From Dudresnaya verticillata (lineage: Eukaryota), in NCBI GenBank assembly GCA_977862235.1, contig OZ374559.1, forward strand, positions 1 through 64,000: DNA of 64,000 nucleotides, read 5' to 3'. Made by a program: the position numbers and the translations under genes. Below, one piece after another: positions 46,592-55,328 of this stretch. Within the stretch, counting starts at the first letter, position 1. Each line of letters opens with the position of its first letter. Under the pieces are notes generated by a model, which did not search any database, was not told where the DNA came from, and was given only the letters and a program-made list of their open reading frames with translations.

Positions 46592-49468
46592 CTACAGTTT
46601 GTCCATCTCCTCCATGTCTACGTCATCTGCAGAGTCCTCGTCGATTTCTCCCATCTCTTCATCACCATCGACATCCTCCATGATATCAGGCTCCTCCACA
46701 TCTTCTGTGACAGCGCCAGAACTGATCTTCGCCCCGTCACTGATCTTGCCGTCGTGAACGGCTCCAGTAGCGGTTTGGACAGCAACAGAAGTAGGAGGTG
46801 CCGACGTAGGTGTCTGGGCTGAGTGTCCAGCCTCTGCTGAGTGTCCAGCCTCTTCTTCACCAACCTTGTCCATCTTGACGTCAGGAGCCGTAGTCAGTAC
46901 AGCATCAACAGTCGACTTTTCCTCCGCTGCACTCGTCTTCTCGCCACTAAAAGCCTCCTTCAATGGCTTCTCCCGTTCAGCACCACTCTCCTTGAGACTC
47001 TCTGCCTCCGCAGATGACTTGTTCACAGCCGTGTCCATGTCAGACGACTTCACGAATCCAGCGCCGGTCTCCTCGGGAGTCGCAGCGATGGCAGCTGCAG
47101 GCTTTGCGTCTGCCACACCCGTTTTCTCGCGAGAGGACGTCGCGCCTTCGACGACGACCTTCTTCTCGCGACTGGCAACTGTATAAACCGCAGGCTTCTC
47201 GTCTGCAACGCCCACCTCCTTTGGAGTCGCAGTGGTGGCCGCTGCAGGCTCTGCGCCTGCGATACCAGTCTTCTCGAGACTGGAAGCGGTAGCAGCCGTA
47301 GACGATTTTGTCTCTTCTCCAACGGTACCCGTCACCCTCTCGGCATCAGGTTTGTCTTGAGTAATCCCGTCCTCGGGAATCGCAACGGTGGCAGCTGCAG
47401 ACTTCGCGTCTGCAACACCCCCTTTCTGATGACCGGTAGCGGTTGCAGCCGCAGACGTGTCTCCTGCGATAACCGTCTCCTCAGGAGTGGGAGCAATGGC
47501 AGTTGTAGGCTTTCCGTCTGCCACACCCGTTTTCTCGGGAGCGGAAGAGGTACAGTGCGCGGACGTCGCTCCTTCGACGACCGTCTTCTCGCCACTGGCA
47601 ACGGATGGAGTCGCAGGATTCTCAGAAGCCTGCGGCTTCTCGCCTGCTACGCCCGCCTCCTTGGGAGCCGCAGTGGTCGCCGTGGCCTTTGCTGGCTTTG
47701 CGCCTGCGACACCACTCTTCTCGGGACTGGCAGCGGTAGCAGACGTAGGCTGTCTTATCTCTTCCCCATCCGCAGCCGTCACCATCTCGACATCAGGTTT
47801 GTCCAGAGTAGTCCCCTCCTCGGGGGTTGCAGCGGTGGCAGCTGTAGGCTTCGTGTCTGCAACACCCGTTTCCCCACGACTGGGTGCAGCCGCAGACGTT
47901 TCTTCTGCAGTACCCGTCTCCTCGGGAGTCGCAGTGGTGGCAGCTGCAGACTTCATACCGGTCTTCTCGCGATGGGAAGAGGTACCATCCGCGGACGTCG
48001 CAGGCGCGACGACCGTCTTCTCGCGACTGGAAGTGGTAACAACCTCAGACGTTTCCAACTCTTCTCGAGCAGCAGCCGTCACCACATCGACATCACGTTT
48101 GTCGGCCCTCGCCTGCCGTTCGGTATTGGTAGTCACCTCCATTGCTTCAGGTGCCACCGTTTTCACTACAGCAAGACGTCTGCGGGGACGCTTGCTTTTG
48201 GTCGGTTTCGTCGCCGTTCCGTTCCCGCTCACTGTCCCCTTGGGGCGAGTTTCACCGGCTCGCGAACCCTTTCTCTTCACCCTCTTCCCCTCATATATCT
48301 CCGCGCTGTCCTTTTTCTGCTGGTGCGCGCCAGCCTTCTCTTCCTCCTCCGAGCTCTCTCCGCCTCCCATCGCGTCGAAGAATGAAGAAACAAACTTCAT
48401 TCGCGACCGTTTTTGCATTGAAGAAAGTTTCACCTTCTCTCTGATTCCAAGGGGAGGCATCTCACTGCTATTCAAGTTGAGCTCTTCCGGACCAGAATGT
48501 AGCCGACCAAATTGCTTCCCCTTCTTCACCGAGCTCTCGTTCGGCATAACGAAGACGAGTACATTCTGCGAGAAACCCTCGAGGCGGCGCCATTCCACAT
48601 TCTGAACTCCGTTGCTGGAGCTGTTGACAGAGAGGTTGAGCGGGACAGTGATCTGAAGATATATCACGTCACCCATTGGTACCAGGTAGGCGGGAACTTG
48701 CGTTCCACTGAACGCCTTGCCTTCAGAATCTTCGAAGATTATCATGACCTGGTTCGCATCGTCCAACTTCTTCAACGAGAAAACGTAGAACCCTTCGATA
48801 ATCGGAGACTGGGCGAATATCTCCGTCGGATTGTAGCTTCTGTCGCGGAACAAGAACTGCAACCACTCCTTCAGAGAAAGTGGCTGAGGCATCGGGTACC
48901 ACATCAGCCACTTCTCATCACGGTGCTCGACAGCCGCCTTCCCAAGATGAACCTTTAAGTCGGTCTTGAGTTGGTCCTGATCCCCTTGGCAAAGGTAGTA
49001 CATCGCGTTGGTGATGTACATACGGGCCACACCGAGGCTCCCAACCCAAAGCCACGCGTTCTGGCCTCTTCTCGTGCTCTTGGCTGTCGGATTTGCGCGA
49101 CTAAGCTCGGGGACACCATCCTGCCACTTGAGCAGCACATCCTTCGCGGAATTCGCGGTGGCCAGCTGGAAGAGTACCTTGTTCGCCTCCTCCAAACCCT
49201 CCGTAGACAGTCCCGACATACCGGTGGAGTTGTGAAACTCGCACCCGACGTCTCCTCGACGGAGGTAGCCTGTCGTCACCACCGGAAGCTGACTGCCCTC
49301 ATGGATTAAGGCGACAGGCGATGTGAGGGCACCGAGGCGAACACCGTGAGCTTTGGCAGCAACAATCTCACAGTGCGGCGTCTCCGTCGTAGCAAACATT
49401 TCCGACTCGTCATTGTAGACGAGCAGGCCCTTAATGGTCCGGCTGCCACTTTGGACGGTAGCAAACAT
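46592..49468 (-). CDS. Orphan family 'MFAT' member 1 (~958 aa) with a long Ala/Thr/Glu/Lys repeat tail
   Basis: ATG at 49468 (MFATVQSG) matches the start of the paralogs; the track extension to 49681 is a G-rich tract. The tail repeats EKTGVAD.KP.AA..ATPEE. Confidence 0.88.
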   Translation of the reverse strand: MFATVQSGSRTIKGLLVYNDESEMFATTETPHCEIVAAKAHGVRLGALTSPVALIHEGSQLPVVTTGYLRRGDVGCEFHNSTGMSGLSTEGLEEANKVLFQLATANSAKDVLLKWQDGVPELSRANPTAKSTRRGQNAWLWVGSLGVARMYITNAMYYLCQGDQDQLKTDLKVHLGKAAVEHRDEKWLMWYPMPQPLSLKEWLQFLFRDRSYNPTEIFAQSPIIEGFYVFSLKKLDDANQVMIIFEDSEGKAFSGTQVPAYLVPMGDVIYLQITVPLNLSVNSSSNGVQNVEWRRLEGFSQNVLVFVMPNESSVKKGKQFGRLHSGPEELNLNSSEMPPLGIREKVKLSSMQKRSRMKFVSSFFDAMGGGESSEEEEKAGAHQQKKDSAEIYEGKRVKRKGSRAGETRPKGTVSGNGTATKPTKSKRPRRRLAVVKTVAPEAMEVTTNTERQARADKRDVDVVTAAAREELETSEVVTTSSREKTVVAPATSADGTSSHREKTGMKSAAATTATPEETGTAEETSAAAPSRGETGVADTKPTAATAATPEEGTTLDKPDVEMVTAADGEEIRQPTSATAASPEKSGVAGAKPAKATATTAAPKEAGVAGEKPQASENPATPSVASGEKTVVEGATSAHCTSSAPEKTGVADGKPTTAIAPTPEETVIAGDTSAAATATGHQKGGVADAKSAAATVAIPEDGITQDKPDAERVTGTVGEETKSSTAATASSLEKTGIAGAEPAAATTATPKEVGVADEKPAVYTVASREKKVVVEGATSSREKTGVADAKPAAAIAATPEETGAGFVKSSDMDTAVNKSSAEAESLKESGAEREKPLKEAFSGEKTSAAEEKSTVDAVLTTAPDVKMDKVGEEEAGHSAEAGHSAQTPTSAPPTSVAVQTATGAVHDGKISDGAKISSGAVTEDVEEPDIMEDVDGDEEMGEIDEDSADDVDMEEMDKL

Positions 49469-49764
49469 TGCAGTAGCAAGCGGGTTCAGGGCGCTGGGCG
49501 GCGGGGAGCGGTGCGCGTGAAGGGGTGAGGCAGGTTGGGGAGGTGTGTTTGTGTTTGGGGGGGTGGGGGGTGGGGGTGGGGTGGGATTATGAGTGGGGTT
49601 GAAAGTGTGTGTGTGTGGAGGGGGGGTGATGGCGCTGGGCGGCGGGGCGGCGGGAACGGTGATCGTGAAGGGGTTAGGCACGTTGGGGAGTTATATGTGT
49701 GTGGGGGGTGGGGGGGGTGGGTGGGGGTGGGGGGGAAGCCGGTGGATTGAATGTGCAGAACCTC

Positions 49765-49851
49765 GCACTCTTATAACTTTTTTGATCGTCGGGGAGAATG
49801 GGCGGGCATCGTTGGGAAGAATGGGCGGGCATCGTCGGGGAGAATGGGCGG
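49765..49851 (-). promoter_or_regulatory. Putative promoter: TTATAA box plus 3x 23-bp ATCGTCGGGGAGAATGGGCGGGC
   Basis: GCACTCTTATAA at 49765-49776, with units at 49785, 49808 and 49831. The same elements occur upstream of the paralog (62064-62075 and 62094-62114). Confidence 0.55.
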
Positions 49852-50021
49852 CCTGTAAAAACACTTCATAATAATGATAATGTGATAGAGAAATGATACG
49901 ATGAGTACCAATTTATTTCTGAAATTCTACACCGACGTTTCGTAACATTGTCGCACGTGCCGCGATCCTACAGATGTTATAAGGCCTTCTGGTCTGCCCT
50001 CCTACCGTCCACCCCGGATGC

Positions 50022-51344
50022 ATGCTGTGCTCGGACCACGCTGACGTAACTCCTCCGCTGTTGCTACTCCGCTCCTCTCCACATCTTTTCCTTCTGGTAT
50101 CCCTTTCTTCCCTCTTCCCTCACCATCCCGAAATGGCAAACGCCCCTGACAGGCTCTGGATGATTGAACTCGACTCCATCCTCTCTCAGAGCTACGAATC
50201 CTTCGGCCCCATCGTTGCAGATCCCGATGCTTACAAAGGCATCATGTCGGACGAGTGGATTCAAAACATGAAGAAGAAAGCTTCCGACCGCGCGAATTGG
50301 GTTCAGCACTTGACCAAGACTTACCAACATCTCCGGTTGAGCGAAGAAGACTCCGAAGACTCCGAAGATTCCGACACGCACCGCGCCGTCAAAAAGGCAG
50401 CGAAACCAATTCGGCGGCCACTGCGTCATCCCGTGGCCAGTACTGCCACGACTGAGCAGAAACGCCGAATGACTAGTCTCCGAGACGAGGGACTTTCGGC
50501 TGTCCGGAAGATCGTACAGGATAGTTCTCTGATCTTTGACAATGGACGGCGCTGGCTGAAATGGAGTCGTAACTCGTGTGCTCTCGATGCCGTGCTCATG
50601 ATGTTCCCCAGACTGCTTCTCGAGTGTGTCAAGAGAGGAATTTTCGACCCGAAGGAGAAGAAGGGCACGATGACTTCTGGTTTTATTCCGCTGGCGACAG
50701 TGGTCGGACAAATGCTCAAGCTGGCGTCCGAGGGAACGGGGTCAATACAAGCAGCCTCCGATGCCGTCCGAACACTCGCATACGAGGTTTGCTGCTACTA
50801 CCGCGAGTATCAGCCCGCCGGAGATGTGAGGATATGGTCTGCCGAAGACCCTAACCAGCCATTTCTGTCATTGACAGACTTAACTTTAGACTTGCTCACC
50901 CTCTTCGTTGGTGTCAACTACATGGATAAGGACCCCCCGTCTGGGGTGGGCTTCATATTCAGCGGGGTCAACCCAGAGTACCTGCACGGTGGCATGTCCT
51001 TCGTTGAAGCTGTCCTCAAGGAGCGGAATACTCGGCTGCATAAGCCAAGTGTCGCAGCTGTACCAGCCGGAAAGCTGGCATGCTCATCGCTGAAGCAGAA
51101 ATGGACAGCCAAGAGCGAAGGCACGTATGCCACCCTTGTATCAATGATAAGCTACGCAAGTGCAGCGGAAGATCACTTCATAACAGCAATCTGTGAGAAT
51201 TATCCTGTCCTTCACATCATTGATCCAATGAAAGGTTCGCGCGGGGGTATCTTTAGGAGAATGTCTGTCAAAACCGCCTTCTCTTCAAAGATATTGAGAA
51301 GGGAAGGTCTGCAGACCTTTTTTGTGTTTTCAGATCAGAAGTAA
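50022..51344 (+). CDS. Putative USP-like/papain-fold cysteine protease (possible deubiquitinase or deSUMOylase)
   Basis: 440-aa ORF with an alternative start at 50133. Cys box KWSRNSCALDAVL, His box EDHFITA, and a downstream Asp (IIDPM). Confidence 0.7.
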   Translation: MLCSDHADVTPPLLLLRSSPHLFLLVSLSSLFPHHPEMANAPDRLWMIELDSILSQSYESFGPIVADPDAYKGIMSDEWIQNMKKKASDRANWVQHLTKTYQHLRLSEEDSEDSEDSDTHRAVKKAAKPIRRPLRHPVASTATTEQKRRMTSLRDEGLSAVRKIVQDSSLIFDNGRRWLKWSRNSCALDAVLMMFPRLLLECVKRGIFDPKEKKGTMTSGFIPLATVVGQMLKLASEGTGSIQAASDAVRTLAYEVCCYYREYQPAGDVRIWSAEDPNQPFLSLTDLTLDLLTLFVGVNYMDKDPPSGVGFIFSGVNPEYLHGGMSFVEAVLKERNTRLHKPSVAAVPAGKLACSSLKQKWTAKSEGTYATLVSMISYASAAEDHFITAICENYPVLHIIDPMKGSRGGIFRRMSVKTAFSSKILRREGLQTFFVFSDQK

Positions 51345-51681
51345 ACCATTGCGCACTTCACCTCTAGTCTCCCTCTTCTTCCTCGTCCCAAAACCTCATT
51401 ACCTTTGTTTTTTACGTCGGCATCACTACGCGCATCTTTGATTTCCTACAAGCTAGATTCTACGAACTTTTTTCTCCCGTTCCAGATTTCCTTCCTGCCC
51501 TAACAGGCGGCGCCCTCAACCATCCATCTGCGCTGCCGTCGGCAATGGTGACCATCCGACCCCTCGGGAGAGGCAATGCAGAATAGAAGATGCCTAGCGC
51601 AGTCTACTCGTTTCAGTTGCAGAGGCCAAGGGAGGAACGGTGATGATCAAACATGCAACGATCTGACTGCCTTCTGTTTCC

Positions 51682-51739
51682 ACCAATCAGGAAGCCTGTT
51701 CATAACAGGGTTCTTGGATGAACAGCATTTCTCATTGGC
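51682..51739 (+). repeat. 58-bp four-box palindrome, copy 2 (most diverged)
   Basis: ACCAATCAGGA-agcct-GTTCAT-14nt-ATGAAC-agcat-TTCTCATTGGC, with spacing preserved. Confidence 0.88.
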
Positions 51740-52085
51740 TACCGAAATTTCTAAATTCGCTTAATTAGCTGGAGCTGGAAAACTTACGCCTCCCTAAGTT
51801 CCGGTTCGCCGACGGGCGCGCCCCACTTTACGCCTTATTTCTCACTTACCCGCTTCACGCGACTGGCCACGACTGCCTATCCCTCGCCTAACCCCCTGTC
51901 TAGCCCGCCTCCAGTGCACAGATTACTCTGCCTTTTCCGCCCCACCCTACCTGCATCATCAACTCATTCCTCACCATCTCCCGTTCCATTCCACCCCTTC
52001 CCCTCCCTTCCCTACCCATCCCCCCTCACTTCGCCTCGTGACCATCAAGCCGCGATTGCACGTCACACATTTTTCTGTTGCAGCC

Positions 52086-53171
52086 ATGGACGTGGTCTCC
52101 GACACCGCCTTGTGGTGGTTCCCGTTGCGCGAGTACACGTTCGCGCTACCACTGGCTGATGCTCAAGTGGCGGAAAGTGTCCTTCAGAAGGTGCTGACCG
52201 GTAGTGAGGAGGATGCGCTCACGAATCACGCAAGCGCTGAAGAGTGCATCATCCTCGCCTTCGTGTATTCCTTTGACGAGACACGCTTCCCCCAGAAGAA
52301 GGATCGCCTCAGCCTTCGCAAGAAGCTCATCGAGATGTTCCGGGGTCGAATCGCTCATCACCCAGACGAGTTGCAGTCGCTCCGATATGTGGCCGCCCTC
52401 ATCCTCTCCGACCCCGCACTCAGCGGTGATTTGGTTGTGGCGCGGTACTCGCTGCAGCGTGCAGCCAACTGCAACCTTGATGATGCGGCCTTTGACCTTG
52501 TGCGGGCCCATATGTCTGGCGCGTTCATTCCAGAAGAGGCAATAATCCCATTGAACATCATTGAGATCGTTGCACTCCTGCAGAGGGTTGCGGACAGCAA
52601 CAGCGCGTCGCTAATCAATAAGCTCGATGCGACCGTCTCGCTAGCCACAATGATGCTTGGGGATTCCGTTCTCTTGTGGAAGGAGGAGGAGTACGCACTC
52701 AGGCTTTTCCAGGATGCGGTTAATCTATCCGAAACTTGGGATATGGGCTCCCACACAACGGTGGAGAAGAGACAGTTGGGCTACATGGTTGCCGCGGCGC
52801 AGCACAATCTTGGTGTGATGGTGTGGAGAGGCATGGGGATGGAAGATGATGAGCCAAGTGATGGGATATATGCCCAGGCCCGTGCCTGCCTCCAATCTTG
52901 CTTTGAGGGCCTTGAGAGTAACGGGCTACCGCTCCAATTTCACTTTAGCGTGGCCTTCTGCCTTTCGGATATGATGCGGCGCGGGTTTGGTGGGACGAAA
53001 GAGGTGCCTGCCTCGAGGTTCTGTTTGGCGGTGGCTACTGAGAAGTTTGAGAAGGCTTCCGGGTCTTTTACTCTTGGGATGACGGCTGCAGACTTGGTGC
53101 GCGTGCGTGCTGAACTGAATCAGGAGACGCCTGCTGTGAAGGTGATAGATATCCGCTCACCTGAGCCATAA
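52086..53171 (+). CDS. Sel1-like repeat (helical) protein, ~361 aa
   Basis: AAAQHNLGVMVWRGMG, LSDMMRRGFGGTKEVPAS and ALRLFQDA resemble Sel1 repeats. First ATG at 52086. Confidence 0.75.
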   Translation: MDVVSDTALWWFPLREYTFALPLADAQVAESVLQKVLTGSEEDALTNHASAEECIILAFVYSFDETRFPQKKDRLSLRKKLIEMFRGRIAHHPDELQSLRYVAALILSDPALSGDLVVARYSLQRAANCNLDDAAFDLVRAHMSGAFIPEEAIIPLNIIEIVALLQRVADSNSASLINKLDATVSLATMMLGDSVLLWKEEEYALRLFQDAVNLSETWDMGSHTTVEKRQLGYMVAAAQHNLGVMVWRGMGMEDDEPSDGIYAQARACLQSCFEGLESNGLPLQFHFSVAFCLSDMMRRGFGGTKEVPASRFCLAVATEKFEKASGSFTLGMTAADLVRVRAELNQETPAVKVIDIRSPEP

Positions 53172-53527
53172 AAATAAAATACAGGGCAGGAAGGCGTCTG
53201 CTCTCCCTTATCTCCGACACCACGATTTTTCATTGCTGCTGTTTTTACTGATGATGGCAGTGGGAAGAAATAGGGACTCGGAGGAAATGGGCAATCTATA
53301 CAAACACAGTATAAGGGGGGGTAGGCGTATTCAGCGTGTAGCCGTGGAGACCAGTTTTTTGGCTTTTTAACGACATGGCTTGCGTGCTGCTGTTTGCTAG
53401 TTTAGGAGTTTGTTCGGGCAGTTCGGTATAGGGTTGGAATGACTCCGCGCTACTCCGTAGAAGGCAACTGTCGCGAAGGAGACGCACTAACAGAGTCCGG
53501 TAGCGTGGGTCTCGCTATGCCCGAGTA

Positions 53528-53585
53528 GCCAATCACAACTTCTGTTCATAACCGGACCCCCGGATGAACCGCCTTTTTGATTGGC
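53528..53585 (+). repeat. 58-bp four-box palindrome, copy 3
   Basis: GCCAATCACAA-cttct-GTTCAT-14nt-ATGAAC-cgcct-TTTTGATTGGC. Confidence 0.95.
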
Positions 53586-53613
53586 CGCAATGAAATTTGG
53601 GTTTTAGGGGTTG

Positions 53614-53671
53614 GCCAATCACAACTGCTGTTCATAACCGGACCCGCGGATGAACCGGATTTGTGATTGGC
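53614..53671 (+). repeat. 58-bp four-box palindrome, copy 4
   Basis: GCCAATCACAA-ctgct-GTTCAT-aaccggacccgcgg-ATGAAC-cggat-TTGTGATTGGC. Confidence 0.95.
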
Positions 53672-53797
53672 TGGTTGGCCATACTATGACTAAACCGCCT
53701 GTGTCTGTGTATTGTCTGCGTAGCCGTGTCTCGGTCTGTCGTTCTGTCGTTGTGCATGTGTCTACATGCATCTTTAATATTATGTGTGTCTGCACCT

Positions 53798-54922
53798 TTA
53801 CCACTCCATGAAAAGTACCTGCTTATATCCTTGTAGTAGACGCAGTTGATTGAGATTGCACATAGCGTCTTTCCGGAAGGTGTCAATAAAAGTTGGCCTA
53901 CTCTGTTGGCTAATCTCTAGATCGACTTCTTCCTTTGTGATGTTCTCCATACGCGATCTGTAAGGTCCTGTGTAGATTGCATTCCCGAGAACGCAAGGCA
54001 AGATGTACATCTTGGCAGGAAGCTCTGTACGAATGAGGGAGCCTTGACCCAAAGCGTCTACCTCCATATCAATGAAGTGAGGAACCAGTAGCGTGATACT
54101 TGTCCGATTGGTGTCTTGAGAAAACATACCCTTCTGAGGTTTTGAGCGATTCAGCCTTTTGTGTATATTGACTGTCCTATTCGTGTAGAGAACCACACTG
54201 TTGTGGAGAACACGGCACTTGTGGAACCCAGATGAGTGTGGAAGGCTGGCATGAAACCGCCTCTGCTCCCCCAGACTCATTCTTTCTGTCTTCCACAGCT
54301 TTCCTATCCAATCTTGCAAACTTCTAGGTTTTGCTGCCGGCCACCACAGCATGAACTCGGAAAAGCGGTGATCCGGGTTTCTGAATTTCTCCAGCTTTTT
54401 TCCTTCTAGTAGCGCTTTCACGAGAGCAGAAACGGTGTGGTAGTGTACAAGAGTAAGCGCTCCGAGCCACTCCCGTACTGCCCGTTTCCCATTGAACTGT
54501 TCTGTGATGAAAAGACTTGTGAAACTGGCCATCACTCTCATGATGGGCAGCTCATTATGACTGAAAAGGTGATGGCAGAACCTCGGTATTCCTTCTGGAA
54601 CAGCTATGCCAGCAACCAAGTTGTTTTGGCAAGCGCACGAAGAGAAATCCAACAGCCAGGTTTGATTCTGAGCGAATTGGAACATGACGTCCGTATCCTT
54701 AACGAAGAGTGTACCAGCAAGAACAATTGGGGCGCTGCCCTCCGGAATATGCACCAGGACCACTTCTGGCCGAATCTTGAATTTGCGGTAGGCGAGAACG
54801 ACGTCTGGAAAAACGGCAGTTGGCGGGTTTTGGAGGTTTCCATCGTTCGGTAGTTCCCTGTAATCCAAAACCAGTGCAGGGAAAGGGTCATGATGAGACG
54901 AAGTTCTCGACATACAGAACAT
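53798..54922 (-). CDS. Hypothetical protein (374 aa), probable distant member of the 'MFAT' family
   Basis: FMLWWPAAKPRSLQDWI resembles WLMWYPMPQPLSLKEWL; SGFH resembles EGFY; ITLLVP resembles LQITVP; MYILP resembles FVMP/YVLP. The motifs occur in the same order. Confidence 0.75.
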   Translation of the reverse strand: MFCMSRTSSHHDPFPALVLDYRELPNDGNLQNPPTAVFPDVVLAYRKFKIRPEVVLVHIPEGSAPIVLAGTLFVKDTDVMFQFAQNQTWLLDFSSCACQNNLVAGIAVPEGIPRFCHHLFSHNELPIMRVMASFTSLFITEQFNGKRAVREWLGALTLVHYHTVSALVKALLEGKKLEKFRNPDHRFSEFMLWWPAAKPRSLQDWIGKLWKTERMSLGEQRRFHASLPHSSGFHKCRVLHNSVVLYTNRTVNIHKRLNRSKPQKGMFSQDTNRTSITLLVPHFIDMEVDALGQGSLIRTELPAKMYILPCVLGNAIYTGPYRSRMENITKEEVDLEISQQSRPTFIDTFRKDAMCNLNQLRLLQGYKQVLFMEW

Positions 54923-55328
54923 GGTCTAATGATAACGCGGCAGAGCGGATGTACGAAAACAAATGCCCAACTTGGAAACTTGGAGCCGGACACAGCACGG
55001 CATCCTCTTACCTTGTGTCCTTTGTGTCTGGCGGAACGCACAGAGGCCGTACAGTTTAGATTAAATCTTTGGCGGTAATTATATGTACAGTAAATATATT
55101 CGGAATATTGCATCCTATTGATGTGTAGTTTCGCATTTTTGCAAATTTCAAGACTTTTCTTCTCACCAACGTTCCCCGACGACTGGAAAACAGCCTGCCA
55201 GCTATTGCGTAAAAAGCCTCCCCCCACTCCCGCGCATCCCAATCCAGACCCGACTCCACACCCCACTCCACACCCATCGCAAATCCGTTTTCGTCCATAT
55301 CTTTCCTCCGTTCTGATTGCCTCACAGC

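Noticed and set aside
47357..48605. Long antisense ORFs (342 and 382 aa) and other ORFs overlapping the large genes
   Set aside because: Shadows of repetitive or GC-rich coding sequence on the opposite strand.
49469..49681. Pro/Thr-rich N-terminal extension of the 1029-aa ORF
   Set aside because: Non-ATG start in a low-complexity tract; the paralogs all begin at MFAT.
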